Numbered from the stretch's first letter, positions 28,849 to 38,908 are shown. The stretch is 64,000 nucleotides of DNA from Chloroflexota bacterium (GCA_965261345.1 OZ253449.1:736001-800000), one strand, 5' to 3'. The notes: a model not told the origin generated them from the sequence alone. Program-made: numbers and translations.

Positions 28849-30516
28849 ATGCGACTTAGAGTTTCCCTGGTCATCGCACTGGTACTGGCAGCGCTTGTCT
28901 TGCTCCCGATCGCGGTGATCGTGGGTCTGGGTGCCTATGGCAGTTCGCAAGGCGGACAGTCCTCCGCGCAGTCGACCGCCGGCGCCTTGATCACCCTGTT
29001 GCCGGCCGGAGGCCAGCCGGGGACCGAAGTTACGGTAAGCGGCCGGCGCTGGCGACCACGCGAGGCGATCGACCTGTTCTTGGTTATCGAACAGCCAAAT
29101 CGGCCACCGCTCAAGCTGTCGCTCGGGTCTATAAAGGCCTCGCGCGAGGGTCAATTTGACATCGCCCTGGTTATTCCCAGCCTCGCGTTCAGCGGGACCG
29201 GAGCGCAGGCGCAGATCCAGGCGCGCGGGTTGCCAAACGAAGCCGGCGAAACATCGGGCACCGCCACCGTGCAGTTTGCGGTCGAACCCTACGCCACCAA
29301 GGTCGCAATCTTGGCCATCGCCGATGTTGACGGCCGCCCGATCAGTGGCGCCCAAGTCTCGGTCAATGATCGATTCGGACGCCAGACCACGGCAGGAGCT
29401 ACCGACTCAGTTGGCATTTTCGAACTCCCGGGCCTGGCCCCCGGACCGACTCGTTTGACGGTCCGTGCATTCGGCTACCACCCGGTTACGCTGTCGACCA
29501 CAATTTCCGAATTCGGCGGCACTGATCCGGCTCCGCTGGAGACGCAAATGGTCGCATCGGAAGGGCTGCGGTTGGCACTACCGCACCCCGACAGCCCCGG
29601 CGGCGGCCTTCTAACCTACGTTGACTTTGACCCGATCGCCGCCGTCGCGGACGATTTCACCCCGACGGCGACCTTAGATGATGGCTGGATTGTCGACCTG
29701 CCCAATCCCGGCATCTGGTCCCATTTTCAAATCGCCTCGTCTGATCCCCAACCGTCCGAGTTGGCGGCCATACTCTCGATTGCCAATCGAATAAAAGGGT
29801 TTGAGAACACAACCCCGGCGCGCCTGGTCTTCGTCGGCGCCAATACAGAGACCGCGGTTGTGTTCGCCACCGACGACTCCTACTGGCGGACCCAGTCGCT
29901 CTACATCGTCGATCGGTCCGATCACTCGCTGCGCCGTCGCATACCGCTTGGCCCCGAGGAGCTGGACCCGATCATTTCGGCCGACGGTTCAATCGTCTAT
30001 GTGATTGACTGGTTCATGCGTGAAATAGACCTTTTCGACGCTCGCAGCGGAAGGCGCCTTGAGCGCTATGAAGGGCTGCCGCGCTTCACCCGGGCGGCTG
30101 CCCTAAATGAAATAGAGAACCAGATGCTGCTGGTGTCGGCTCTAGACGACGAGCTGCGAATATACGACTTCGACACAAGGTCGGTCACTCGCAGTTTTGT
30201 AAAGCTGCACGACGTAACGACCCTGTGGCTTGCCCCCGGTGGCCGAAATTTGTATGGTGCCAGTTATTACTCGCCGCTGCTTGTCCGGTTGGACCTGGCA
30301 AACCTGGAATTGCTGGAATTGGCCCCGCTGGCAGATCCGGCCGAATGGATCTGGTCGGCCCCGAGGTCGGGATTCATCCTGCTGGGAAGCCGCGGCGGGC
30401 GCAGCGTTCAGGTGGTCGATAAGGATTCGCTGCAGCTGGTGGCGGTCGAACCGCTGCCGGAGGCGAACCCGCCGGATCCGGCATCATTTGGATCAAGATT
30501 GCTGAGTCCAGCCTAA
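28849..30516 (+). CDS. Membrane-anchored surface protein: Ig-like domain, carboxypeptidase-regulatory-like domain, YncE/YVTN-like beta-propeller (paralog 1)
   Basis: N-terminal TM helix; PGTEVTVSG; DGRPISGAQV...TDSVG...GLAPG...VRAFGY; repeated xYVxD blades. Confidence 0.65.
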   Translation: MRLRVSLVIALVLAALVLLPIAVIVGLGAYGSSQGGQSSAQSTAGALITLLPAGGQPGTEVTVSGRRWRPREAIDLFLVIEQPNRPPLKLSLGSIKASREGQFDIALVIPSLAFSGTGAQAQIQARGLPNEAGETSGTATVQFAVEPYATKVAILAIADVDGRPISGAQVSVNDRFGRQTTAGATDSVGIFELPGLAPGPTRLTVRAFGYHPVTLSTTISEFGGTDPAPLETQMVASEGLRLALPHPDSPGGGLLTYVDFDPIAAVADDFTPTATLDDGWIVDLPNPGIWSHFQIASSDPQPSELAAILSIANRIKGFENTTPARLVFVGANTETAVVFATDDSYWRTQSLYIVDRSDHSLRRRIPLGPEELDPIISADGSIVYVIDWFMREIDLFDARSGRRLERYEGLPRFTRAAALNEIENQMLLVSALDDELRIYDFDTRSVTRSFVKLHDVTTLWLAPGGRNLYGASYYSPLLVRLDLANLELLELAPLADPAEWIWSAPRSGFILLGSRGGRSVQVVDKDSLQLVAVEPLPEANPPDPASFGSRLLSPA

Positions 30517-30562
30517 ATGGATCAGAAAAACCCGGCGCCACCGACGGGGCCTGGCCCTTAGG

Positions 30563-32146
30563 GTGCGGGCACGATGGGCACTGCTGGCGTCGCTCCTGCT
30601 CGGAGTGGCGATTTTGGCGCCGGTCCTGTTGGTGGTTGGCTTAGGCGCATTCGGCGCCGCCCAGGGTGGGAGCATCAGCACCGTGTCCCCTCAGGGCAGC
30701 TCGCTCCAATTGATCCCCGCCGCCGGCCCACCAGGCACCCAGGTTTCAATTTACGGCCGCGGCTGGACACCGCGCCAATCGGTCCGGCTGGACCTACAGG
30801 TCCCCAAGACCGGAGCCCAAACACAAGACGGATTATCGGTCGGCCTGGGGCAGGTACTCACCTCAAGATCGGGCGATTTCAACCTGTCGGTGACCCTGCC
30901 GACGCTGGCGCTGCCGGCCGGACCGGCGACGGTGAACATAGTGGCCGCCCACGCCGATGGCAACAGCCGCTTGGCCACCGAATTCCTGGTCCAACGGGCT
31001 GCCAATATGCTCGGCGTGGAAGTTATCTATCAAGGCCGGCGGCAACCTGGGGTCCGGGTTGACCTTCACAACAGTTTTGGCGAGGCGATCGACAGCGCGT
31101 TAACCGGAGCCGACGGCACCGTTCAATTCGCCGGAATGCCGCCTGGAACGGTGAGAATCCGCGGCCTGGCGCTCGATCGCGATCCGGTGCAGGCTAGCGC
31201 CCGCATCACCCCCGACAGCGAGGGCAGAGTACAGCTGGAACTTAGCGATCCGGTTCCCAGCCGATTGGTCATTCCCGACCCAGATAACCCGCGACGATTC
31301 ACGCTTTCCTCCATCGAGATTGACCGCAGATCCGGATTGGTAACCGCCCGCCAACAATTAGCTGACCCCGATGATCGGCGGCGGCGGCCGGTTGCATTTA
31401 TCTACCAATTGCCAGCGGCGGGCTTCGGGCAGCCGGAGTTGTCGGCGATCACCGCGATTTCGCGGCAGCTTCCCAACTACTTCTATTTCAACTCCGGATT
31501 TGTGCTCTACCTGGGCAACAACGGCACCGAAGACTTTGTATTTGCTCATGACAACGCTTTTCAGCGGCGGCGGGTACTGTACGTCTACGACCGGTCCAGC
31601 GAATCAATTACCCGCGAATTCATCCTTGGCCGAAGCGAGTTGACGCCGGTGGTCAATCCTGCTGGGACGCAGATCTACGTCCTCGATTGGGAAGCCCGCT
31701 CCGTCAAGATTTACGATCCGGCCGGCGATTTTGCGGTCCGGACGATACCCAACCTGCCGGAATTGATCTCGGCCTTTACCCTCGACACGAGCGCCAACAC
31801 GCTTTGGATGTCATCGGCGCTGACGAACCGTTTGACCCCGCTATACCTCCAGGACGGACTGGTCGGGGATCCGATTACGTTTGCCCGCGACCTGATCGTG
31901 ATATCTTTCGACCCGGCCCGTCGGCGCATTTACGGCGTCAACTACAAGCAACCGGAGATCGCGATGATCGACCTGGACAGCGGACAGGTGCGTTTTGCCC
32001 AGATTCAAAGCCCGGCGTTGTGGATCTGGCCGGATCCGGAAGGAAGCTTGCTGTTTGCGGCGGTGGACCTAGGAAAGAGTCTGCAGGTGCTAGACAAAGA
32101 CAGCCTGGAAACCGTTACCGTACACGCATTCAGCACGCCTTCATAA
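30563..32146 (+). CDS. Membrane-anchored surface protein, paralog 2 of the preceding gene
   Basis: Colinear similarity to 28849-30516 (PPGTQVSIYGRGW, TGADG..GMPPG, IYVLDW, LQVLDKDSL). Confidence 0.65.
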   Translation: MRARWALLASLLLGVAILAPVLLVVGLGAFGAAQGGSISTVSPQGSSLQLIPAAGPPGTQVSIYGRGWTPRQSVRLDLQVPKTGAQTQDGLSVGLGQVLTSRSGDFNLSVTLPTLALPAGPATVNIVAAHADGNSRLATEFLVQRAANMLGVEVIYQGRRQPGVRVDLHNSFGEAIDSALTGADGTVQFAGMPPGTVRIRGLALDRDPVQASARITPDSEGRVQLELSDPVPSRLVIPDPDNPRRFTLSSIEIDRRSGLVTARQQLADPDDRRRRPVAFIYQLPAAGFGQPELSAITAISRQLPNYFYFNSGFVLYLGNNGTEDFVFAHDNAFQRRRVLYVYDRSSESITREFILGRSELTPVVNPAGTQIYVLDWEARSVKIYDPAGDFAVRTIPNLPELISAFTLDTSANTLWMSSALTNRLTPLYLQDGLVGDPITFARDLIVISFDPARRRIYGVNYKQPEIAMIDLDSGQVRFAQIQSPALWIWPDPEGSLLFAAVDLGKSLQVLDKDSLETVTVHAFSTPS

Positions 32147-32165
32147 CGGGGCGGCCAGAATAACC

Positions 32166-33296
32166 TCAACCCATATTTTGATGGGTGATCCGCGCCGCGC
32201 GATTAAGCAACCGAGTATCTAATACCGCGTGCTCGGCAGTGTGGAGTGGGGTCGCCGCGCCAACGCAGATCGCGTGAAAGTGGGCGAGCTCAAGCTTGAA
32301 CGACTCCTCGTACGAGGTTGTCACCTGGCGCTCGACCACACTCGGACCGTTCATCTGCTTGACTCTGAAACGGGTCGGGGCCGAAGGGTGGTAGGGCGAC
32401 GGCCAATGCGCTTCCAGGCGCTTGGAGCCGCCAACGGCCAGCAGAGTTTGGCGGTAGTCGGCCAGGTTGTAGTTGAAAATCCAGCTTTGCTGAACCAGCA
32501 CGCGATTTGGGTAAATGAGGGTCATCGCCAGACACCGGCCGGCGTTCCAGGCGCGGGCGTCCACGATTTCCGGATCCTGCCCGAGCAGCAGGCGCAGGCT
32601 GTAGGTTTCGTGGATGCAGGACCCGTGCAGGGTAAAAAAGGCCTGGGCCATCTCGGGGGAAGGCATGCTGCCGATGACGGTGGCGATCTTCTGCATGACC
32701 GGGTTGGCGGTATCGACCAGGCTGGTGGCGGCTCGCGCCCAATCGGGTACGTCGCCAAAACTTCGAACGTCAAGGTGGGAGTAAGTGGCTGCGTTTTCGG
32801 GATTGCAAATTTGCAGGTTGACGAAATCGAGGCGATCCCAACTTGCGATTTCCCGGCCGATCGCTTCAAGCGCCGGATCGAATGCTATTGAATAGCCCAT
32901 CAGCAGGGACGCCGACGATTCCCGTTCGGCCGCCGCCACCGCCTCGGCGTCGGCAACTGTGTAGGTGAGCGGTTTTTCGCAAAGTACGTTCCGGCCGCTG
33001 CGCAGGGCGTCGATTACCACCGGGGCGTGATCGCCACCGGCGAGGATGATGACCGCTTCCACCGCCGGATCGGCCAGCAGTTCGGTATAGCGCTCGTACC
33101 TGGCCGCGACCCCATACCGGTCGCCGATGTATGCCAGCAGCGATGGCGAAACATCGCAGATGGCCCGGACCCAAAAATACTCTTCGAGTTCGCGCAGATA
33201 GGGGAGGTGCATGATCTGGGCAATTGCCCCGCACCCTATCACGCCGACATTGATCCTGCGCATAGGCAGCTTCCGATTAGCTTGCAAGAACTGCAA
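32166..33296 (-). CDS. Gfo/Idh/MocA family oxidoreductase (start may be ATG 33263)
   Basis: VGVIGCGAIAQ, HLP, VLCEKP. Confidence 0.88.
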   Translation of the reverse strand: MQFLQANRKLPMRRINVGVIGCGAIAQIMHLPYLRELEEYFWVRAICDVSPSLLAYIGDRYGVAARYERYTELLADPAVEAVIILAGGDHAPVVIDALRSGRNVLCEKPLTYTVADAEAVAAAERESSASLLMGYSIAFDPALEAIGREIASWDRLDFVNLQICNPENAATYSHLDVRSFGDVPDWARAATSLVDTANPVMQKIATVIGSMPSPEMAQAFFTLHGSCIHETYSLRLLLGQDPEIVDARAWNAGRCLAMTLIYPNRVLVQQSWIFNYNLADYRQTLLAVGGSKRLEAHWPSPYHPSAPTRFRVKQMNGPSVVERQVTTSYEESFKLELAHFHAICVGAATPLHTAEHAVLDTRLLNRAARITHQNMG

Positions 33297-33394
33297 TCTG
33301 GGGCACTAAATGCCCGGTCGCACAATTTAATGTAGTCGGCAATTTTGTTCGACCCGGCAAGTTTTTATGGCACCAGGATCGAAAGGCAACCCCC

Positions 33395-34378
33395 TTGCAA
33401 GCAATCCGCATCTTTGAATTCGGCGGCAGCGACGTACTAACGGTTGACGACGTGCCCATCCCGCAACCCGGTCCCGGGCAAGCGCTCATTAAGGTTGCCG
33501 CCGCCGGCGTCAACTTCATCGACACCTATCATCGTACCGGCCTATATCCGCTAAAGTTGCCCCTCACGCTTGGCCAGGAGGGCGCTGGAGTTGTCGAAGC
33601 CGTCGGCGAGGGCGTGGCCTCGGTTGTGCCCGGTCAGCGCGTTGGGTGGGCCATGGCGGGCGGTTCATATGCCGACTATGCGGTTGTGTCGGCGGCCGTA
33701 CTGGTCCCGATACCAGATTCGGTGAGCCTGGACCAGGCCGCCGCGGCGCTCCTGCAGGGAATGACCGCTCACTACCTGTGCACTAGCACCTACGAGCTCC
33801 AACCTGGCCAATGGTGTCTTGTCCATGCTGGCGCCGGCGGAGTTGGATTGCTGCTGACCCAGATGTGCAAGATCATCGGCGCAAAGGTGATTAGCACCGT
33901 TTCGACCGCGGAGAAGGAGCAGCTTTCACGCGCCGCCGGCGCAGACGAGGTCATCAATTACCTGGAAACTGATTTCCCGTCGGCGGTCGCGCAGATAACC
34001 GGCGGCAAGGGTGTGTCGGTAGTTTTTGACGGAGTCGGCAAATCCACCGCCGACGGCAGTCTGCGCTCACTTGCACCACGCGGCATGATGGCACTGTTTG
34101 GAAATGCCAGCGGAGCGCCCGATCCGATCGAGCCCCTGTTGCTCAATCGGCTCGGCTCGCTTTTCTTAACCCGCCCCTCGCTGGGCGATTACATCGCCAC
34201 TCCAGAGAATCTGGCCTGGCGCGCCGGAGACCTGTTCGGCTGGATCGGGAGCGGCAAACTGCAACTGCGGGTGGAATTTGTCTTTCCGCTTGCCGAAGCG
34301 GCCACCGCCCACGACCTGCTCGAAGGGCGGGTCACCACCGGTAAAGTCTTGCTCAAAACTGCCAGCCCGGTAGCCTAG
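33395..34378 (+). CDS. qor: NADPH:quinone oxidoreductase (zeta-crystallin family)
   Basis: GVNFID, LQGMTAHYL, HAGAGGVG, SLFLTRP, TTGKVLL. Confidence 0.9.
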   Translation: MQAIRIFEFGGSDVLTVDDVPIPQPGPGQALIKVAAAGVNFIDTYHRTGLYPLKLPLTLGQEGAGVVEAVGEGVASVVPGQRVGWAMAGGSYADYAVVSAAVLVPIPDSVSLDQAAAALLQGMTAHYLCTSTYELQPGQWCLVHAGAGGVGLLLTQMCKIIGAKVISTVSTAEKEQLSRAAGADEVINYLETDFPSAVAQITGGKGVSVVFDGVGKSTADGSLRSLAPRGMMALFGNASGAPDPIEPLLLNRLGSLFLTRPSLGDYIATPENLAWRAGDLFGWIGSGKLQLRVEFVFPLAEAATAHDLLEGRVTTGKVLLKTASPVA

Positions 34379-34428
34379 GCGGCCTCAACTACCGCCAACA
34401 TCTCTTTTCGTCGCGTAAAGGACAGCTC

Positions 34429-35946
34429 ATGAATTTCATCGTAATTGTCTCGGATTCCTTAAGGCGTGATCACGTCAGCTGTTACGGCAATCAGCCCGCG
34501 CAATGGGCCTCGGGTGGGCGCTGGTCGGTGCAAACACCAAACATCGATCGCCTAGCGGCGATGGGGTCGCGCTTTGACAATTACTACGTGGGCTCGTTTC
34601 CCACCGTTCTCAACCGTCACGAAATGCTTACCGGATTGCCGGTATTTACCTACGCCGAATGGGCTCCGCTGCCGGCATCCGAGGTAACGATGGGCGAATA
34701 TCTGGCCGAATCTGGCTACAAGACGATGTTGGTAGCCGATACGCCGCACATTTTCCGCCTCGGATTCAATTACGCCCGCGGTTTTGGCGGTTTTGACTGG
34801 ATTCGGGGACAGGAAAATGACGCCCATTTGATCGATCCGCCAGACGATCAAATGGAGCCACCGTTTGCGGTTGAAAAGATGCGCCCAACGATCAATTCCT
34901 GGCGCAACCACGCCCGCAGTTTGCTCGCCGCCCGCCAGGAAGACGAGTACTTTGCGCCGATGACATTCAAACGCGCCGCTCATTGGCTCGAACGCAACCG
35001 CGACAACAATCCTTTTTGCCTCGTCGTGGATACGTTTGACCCGCACGAACCATGGGATCCACCCGACTGGTATGTTGAAAAGTTCTACCCTGCGATGCGC
35101 GAGCGCATCACCTTTCCGGCATACGACCGCGTATCAAATTTCCTCTCCCCTGAGGAGTTGATTTCGGCCCACGCCCACTACTGCGGGGAGGTGGCGATGG
35201 TCGACCGCTGGCTCGGTCACCTGCTCGATACCGCGGCGGCCCTCAATCTGCTAGACGATACCGCGATCATCTTTGTTTCCGACCACGGGTACCTTTTCGG
35301 CGAGAAAGACACCATCGGCAAGCACATAACGGTCGACGGGGTGGCGACTCCGTTGCCACTTTGGCCGGATATTTCCCACATTCCGATGGTTGCCCATATT
35401 CCTGGATTGACCAGCCCCGGCAGCGTCATCGATGGGTTCGCTCAACCCCAGGACATCCTCCCTACCCTGCTTGACCTGGCCGGAATGGAGGCCCCCGGTG
35501 AATTGGTCGGGCATTCGCTGCTGCCGTTGATCGCCGGCCAAATTGACCAGGTGCGGGAAGTTGCCATCACTTCGCACAACATCGTCACCGGCGTGGCCGG
35601 TCGGCCCAGCCGGATTACCGGTGAGGGTTGGAGCCTTTACGTTGGAGCGTCGGTTACTAAGACCCACCCGCGTCAGTTGTCCGGTATCTTTGGGGCCACC
35701 GGGATCCTGCGTGATCCCTGGTATGTGGCCAAACGTGACCGCCGGGTGGCGACCGAGATAGCCACCGATGAGGCGCTCGCGCCGATGCTTTTTAACGACC
35801 GCGCTGATCCCGGCCACCAGAGCAACGTAATTGGTGAGCACCCGGAGATCGCCCGTCGTTTACACGGTCAATATGTCAGATATCTGGAAAGCTGCGGAAC
35901 CGCTGAGCGCAACATCGCCCCGCGACGGGCGATGCAGACCCAGTAG
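34429..35946 (+). CDS. Sulfatase-like alkaline phosphatase superfamily hydrolase
   Basis: IVSDSLRRD, TPNIDRLA, DPHEPWDPP, SDHGYLFGE. The active-site segment reads FPTVLNR..MLTG. Confidence 0.82.
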   Translation: MNFIVIVSDSLRRDHVSCYGNQPAQWASGGRWSVQTPNIDRLAAMGSRFDNYYVGSFPTVLNRHEMLTGLPVFTYAEWAPLPASEVTMGEYLAESGYKTMLVADTPHIFRLGFNYARGFGGFDWIRGQENDAHLIDPPDDQMEPPFAVEKMRPTINSWRNHARSLLAARQEDEYFAPMTFKRAAHWLERNRDNNPFCLVVDTFDPHEPWDPPDWYVEKFYPAMRERITFPAYDRVSNFLSPEELISAHAHYCGEVAMVDRWLGHLLDTAAALNLLDDTAIIFVSDHGYLFGEKDTIGKHITVDGVATPLPLWPDISHIPMVAHIPGLTSPGSVIDGFAQPQDILPTLLDLAGMEAPGELVGHSLLPLIAGQIDQVREVAITSHNIVTGVAGRPSRITGEGWSLYVGASVTKTHPRQLSGIFGATGILRDPWYVAKRDRRVATEIATDEALAPMLFNDRADPGHQSNVIGEHPEIARRLHGQYVRYLESCGTAERNIAPRRAMQTQ

Positions 35947-36003
35947 CGGTAGGTTCGGATCAAGCGGCGAACCCAATAAGCGGATGTGGTAACAGTAACG
36001 AGG

Positions 36004-37245
36004 CTACATGGCACCCGCCCCGGGGGCTTTTTCGGCCGAATAACCGGCAGCCGCCTCCGATCCACCGGTTGTGTTGCCCGCGCTGTAGGAGCGGGCGCCG
36101 GTGCCGGCCAGCGACCCGCCCTCGACTATTAAGTATTCGTCGCGGATCGGGCGCCCGTCCAGCCAACATTCGAGGATCTCACGGACGCCGGCGGCGTAGC
36201 GAGCCTGGGCCGAAAGGGAAGTCCCCGACGTATGCGGGGTAAGAGCATGATTGGGCATCGTTCGCCAGGGGTGGTCATTCGGCGCTGGCTGCGGAAACCA
36301 GACATCACCCGCGTACCCGGCCAATTGGCCGGTCTCTAAGGCTTTAACGACGGCATCTCGATCGCAAATTTTGCCGCGGGCGGTGTTGACGATATATGAT
36401 CCGCGTTTCATCTTGCCGATCAAGGCGTCATTGAACATGCCTTCGGTTTCGGGGTGCAGCGGGCAATGGATGCTGATCACGTCGCAGACCTTTACCAGGG
36501 ATTCGGTTGATTCGTGGAAGGTGAGGCCCAGTTCTTGCTCGACATCGATCGGCAATCGACGCCGATCGGTGTAATGGAGATTGACGTCGAAGGGTTTCAT
36601 TCGCTTCAATACCGCTAATCCGATCCGACCGGCAGCCACCACCCCAACGTCCATCCCTTCGATGTCGTAGGACCGCGAGATCGCGTCGGCGATATTCCAG
36701 CCGCCCCTGACCACCCATCCGTATTGCGGAATGTAGTCACGCACCAGCGCCAGCATCTGCATGACCGCGTGCTCGGCCACCGAGATGCTGTTGCACCAAG
36801 TGACTTCGCACACCGTGATACCGCGCTCGATTGCAGCCTGCAAATCCACGTGGTCGGACCCGATTCCGGCGGTGATCGCCAACTCGAGTTTGCTCGCTTT
36901 GGCAATCCGCTCACGGGTTAGGTAACCGGGCCAAAACGGCTGCGAGATCACCACATCGGCATCGCCCAACCGCGCTTCGAACTCGGAGCCGGGCCCGTCC
37001 TTGTCGGCCGTGACCACAAAATCGTGTCCGCGCTCGGCCAGGAACTTACCCAGTCCGAGTCCGCCTGATACCGAGCCCAGGAGTTCGCCCGGATTGAAAT
37101 CAATCGCCGCCGCGGTTGGCAGCGATTGACCATCGGGGTATTGCGACAGGCTTGGGATACCCGAGCGCGCGTACGGTGGCGGGAATCCGGCGACGGGATC
37201 TTCGTAAAGCACGCAAAGCACGGTTCGGCCCGAATGTGACTTCAT
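36004..37245 (-). CDS. fdh: NAD-dependent formate dehydrogenase (metal-independent)
   Basis: PGELLGSVSG, SQPFWPGY, AGIGSDH, NSISVAEH, AAGRIG, NTARGK, GDVWFPQP, TPHTSG. Confidence 0.95.
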   Translation of the reverse strand: MKSHSGRTVLCVLYEDPVAGFPPPYARSGIPSLSQYPDGQSLPTAAAIDFNPGELLGSVSGGLGLGKFLAERGHDFVVTADKDGPGSEFEARLGDADVVISQPFWPGYLTRERIAKASKLELAITAGIGSDHVDLQAAIERGITVCEVTWCNSISVAEHAVMQMLALVRDYIPQYGWVVRGGWNIADAISRSYDIEGMDVGVVAAGRIGLAVLKRMKPFDVNLHYTDRRRLPIDVEQELGLTFHESTESLVKVCDVISIHCPLHPETEGMFNDALIGKMKRGSYIVNTARGKICDRDAVVKALETGQLAGYAGDVWFPQPAPNDHPWRTMPNHALTPHTSGTSLSAQARYAAGVREILECWLDGRPIRDEYLIVEGGSLAGTGARSYSAGNTTGGSEAAAGYSAEKAPGAGAM

Positions 37246-37554
37246 CTCAATTTCCTCGATCGCACTGCAGATCCGTTATCCGGTACAAATTGCCCACCCA
37301 ATTGTCAATAGGCACACCTGCTTAGATTTTCGACTCAAGCGCCCCAATCAAAATAAATTTGCGCCCGTTCCGTCCCTTTTGGGCAAATCCGGCTGTTTCC
37401 CGCCACCGGTCGGCAGCGTGTTGACGGGCCCGATCTTCAAACGCCCGCAGCTCCGGGCAGGATTACTTCGCGCGCGCCGGAACCTTCGGCGCGATCCATG
37501 TTGCCGAGGTGGCAATAACATAGCGCTGGGCATTTGATTTTGGGCCGGGTGGCG

Positions 37555-38736
37555 ATGCATCGAATTTGGGAAGTGCTGCTGGTCGCAACCCGCCTTGGCC
37601 TGACCTCGTTTGGCGGACCGATAGCCCACATCGGTTATTTCCGCGATGAATACGTCGCCCGGCGAGGCTGGATTAACGACGCCCGTTTTGGTGAATTGGT
37701 CGCGCTTTGCCAATTTCTGCCGGGTCCGGCCAGCAGTCAACTCGGGATTGCCATCGGTCTGCAGCGGGCCGGCCACGCCGGCGCTTTGGCGGCCTGGATA
37801 GGGTTTACCCTTCCATCGGCCGCGGTTCTGATCCTGTTTGCTTACGGATTGCAGGAATTTGGCGGACAGGGCGGCGAATGGCTCAGCGGGCTAAAGATCG
37901 TGGTCGTCGCGGTGGTCGCGCACGCCCTTTGGGGCATGGGCAGATCGCTGGCACCGGACAAGCCGCGTATCACGATCGCGGTCCTGGCGGCAGTGGTGCT
38001 GCTTTTCGTTGGCGGCATCGCCGCGCAAGTGGGGGTAATCGCCGGTGGGGCCGTGTTGGGGCTGGTGGCCCTGCGAACGAGCGGGCGGCCACCGCCCGAG
38101 GTTGTCGGCCGCTCAAGCGGTCTCGGGCTGGCACTGGCAGGCCTGGCTACATTCTTCGCACTGCTGCTAGCGTTGCCGGTGGCAAGTTGGTTGACCGGCA
38201 ACGAGCTGCTCATGCTGATTGAACGGTTCTTCCGTTCCGGTTCGCTGGTGTTTGGAGGCGGTCACGTCGTACTGCCGCTACTGGAGGCCGAGGTTGTCCA
38301 GCCCGGCTGGGTAACCGGCGACGAGTTTATCGCTGGATATGGCGCGGCTCAGGCCATCCCAGGCCCACTGTTTACGTTTGCGGCGTACCTGGGAACGGTG
38401 CTGGAGTTGACCACACCCCGCTGGCTGGGCGGAATCGTGGCCGTGGTGGCAATTTTCCTGCCGTCGTTCCTGCTGGTGCTCGGCGTGCTCCCGCTGTGGG
38501 ACCGGGTGCGCGGGATCGTCCCGATCCAAAAAGCGCTGCTCGGAGTTAACGCGGCGGTCGTCGGCGTGCTCCTGGCCGCGCTCTATGACCCCATCTGGAC
38601 CAGCGCAATAAAGGGTCCCAGCGATTTCGCCTTGGCGGCGGCGGCGTTCGCGCTGCTGGCCTTTTGGAAAGCCCCTCCGTGGGCGGTCGTTCTCGCAACC
38701 GCCGTGACCGGGTGGCTCATAGGCTGGGTCGTCTAG
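37555..38736 (+). CDS. chrA: Chromate efflux transporter (long-chain CHR family)
   Basis: SFGGPIAHIGY, CQFLPGPASSQ, FGGGHVVLPLL, AQAIPGPLFTF. Confidence 0.93.
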   Translation: MHRIWEVLLVATRLGLTSFGGPIAHIGYFRDEYVARRGWINDARFGELVALCQFLPGPASSQLGIAIGLQRAGHAGALAAWIGFTLPSAAVLILFAYGLQEFGGQGGEWLSGLKIVVVAVVAHALWGMGRSLAPDKPRITIAVLAAVVLLFVGGIAAQVGVIAGGAVLGLVALRTSGRPPPEVVGRSSGLGLALAGLATFFALLLALPVASWLTGNELLMLIERFFRSGSLVFGGGHVVLPLLEAEVVQPGWVTGDEFIAGYGAAQAIPGPLFTFAAYLGTVLELTTPRWLGGIVAVVAIFLPSFLLVLGVLPLWDRVRGIVPIQKALLGVNAAVVGVLLAALYDPIWTSAIKGPSDFALAAAAFALLAFWKAPPWAVVLATAVTGWLIGWVV

Positions 38737-38844
38737 CAACGCTGGTTCGATTAAACGCCACCAGCCCGGCGGTCAGCGGGCGAATCGGTGGCTTGCGAGC
38801 GCTTCAGTCTCCCATATCGGAATTTGAAATTTACCCTATTCCGG

Positions 38845-38877
38845 GGACGGCGTCCTCAGATCCCAGGGATGCCGTCC
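38845..38877. repeat. 11-bp stem palindrome (terminator or REP-like) in the convergent gap after chrA
   Basis: GGACGGCGTCC-N11-GGATGCCGTCC. Confidence 0.5.
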
Positions 38878-38908
38878 ACGCCCGAAATTGAAGCCGGGGC
38901 GGGGCGGC

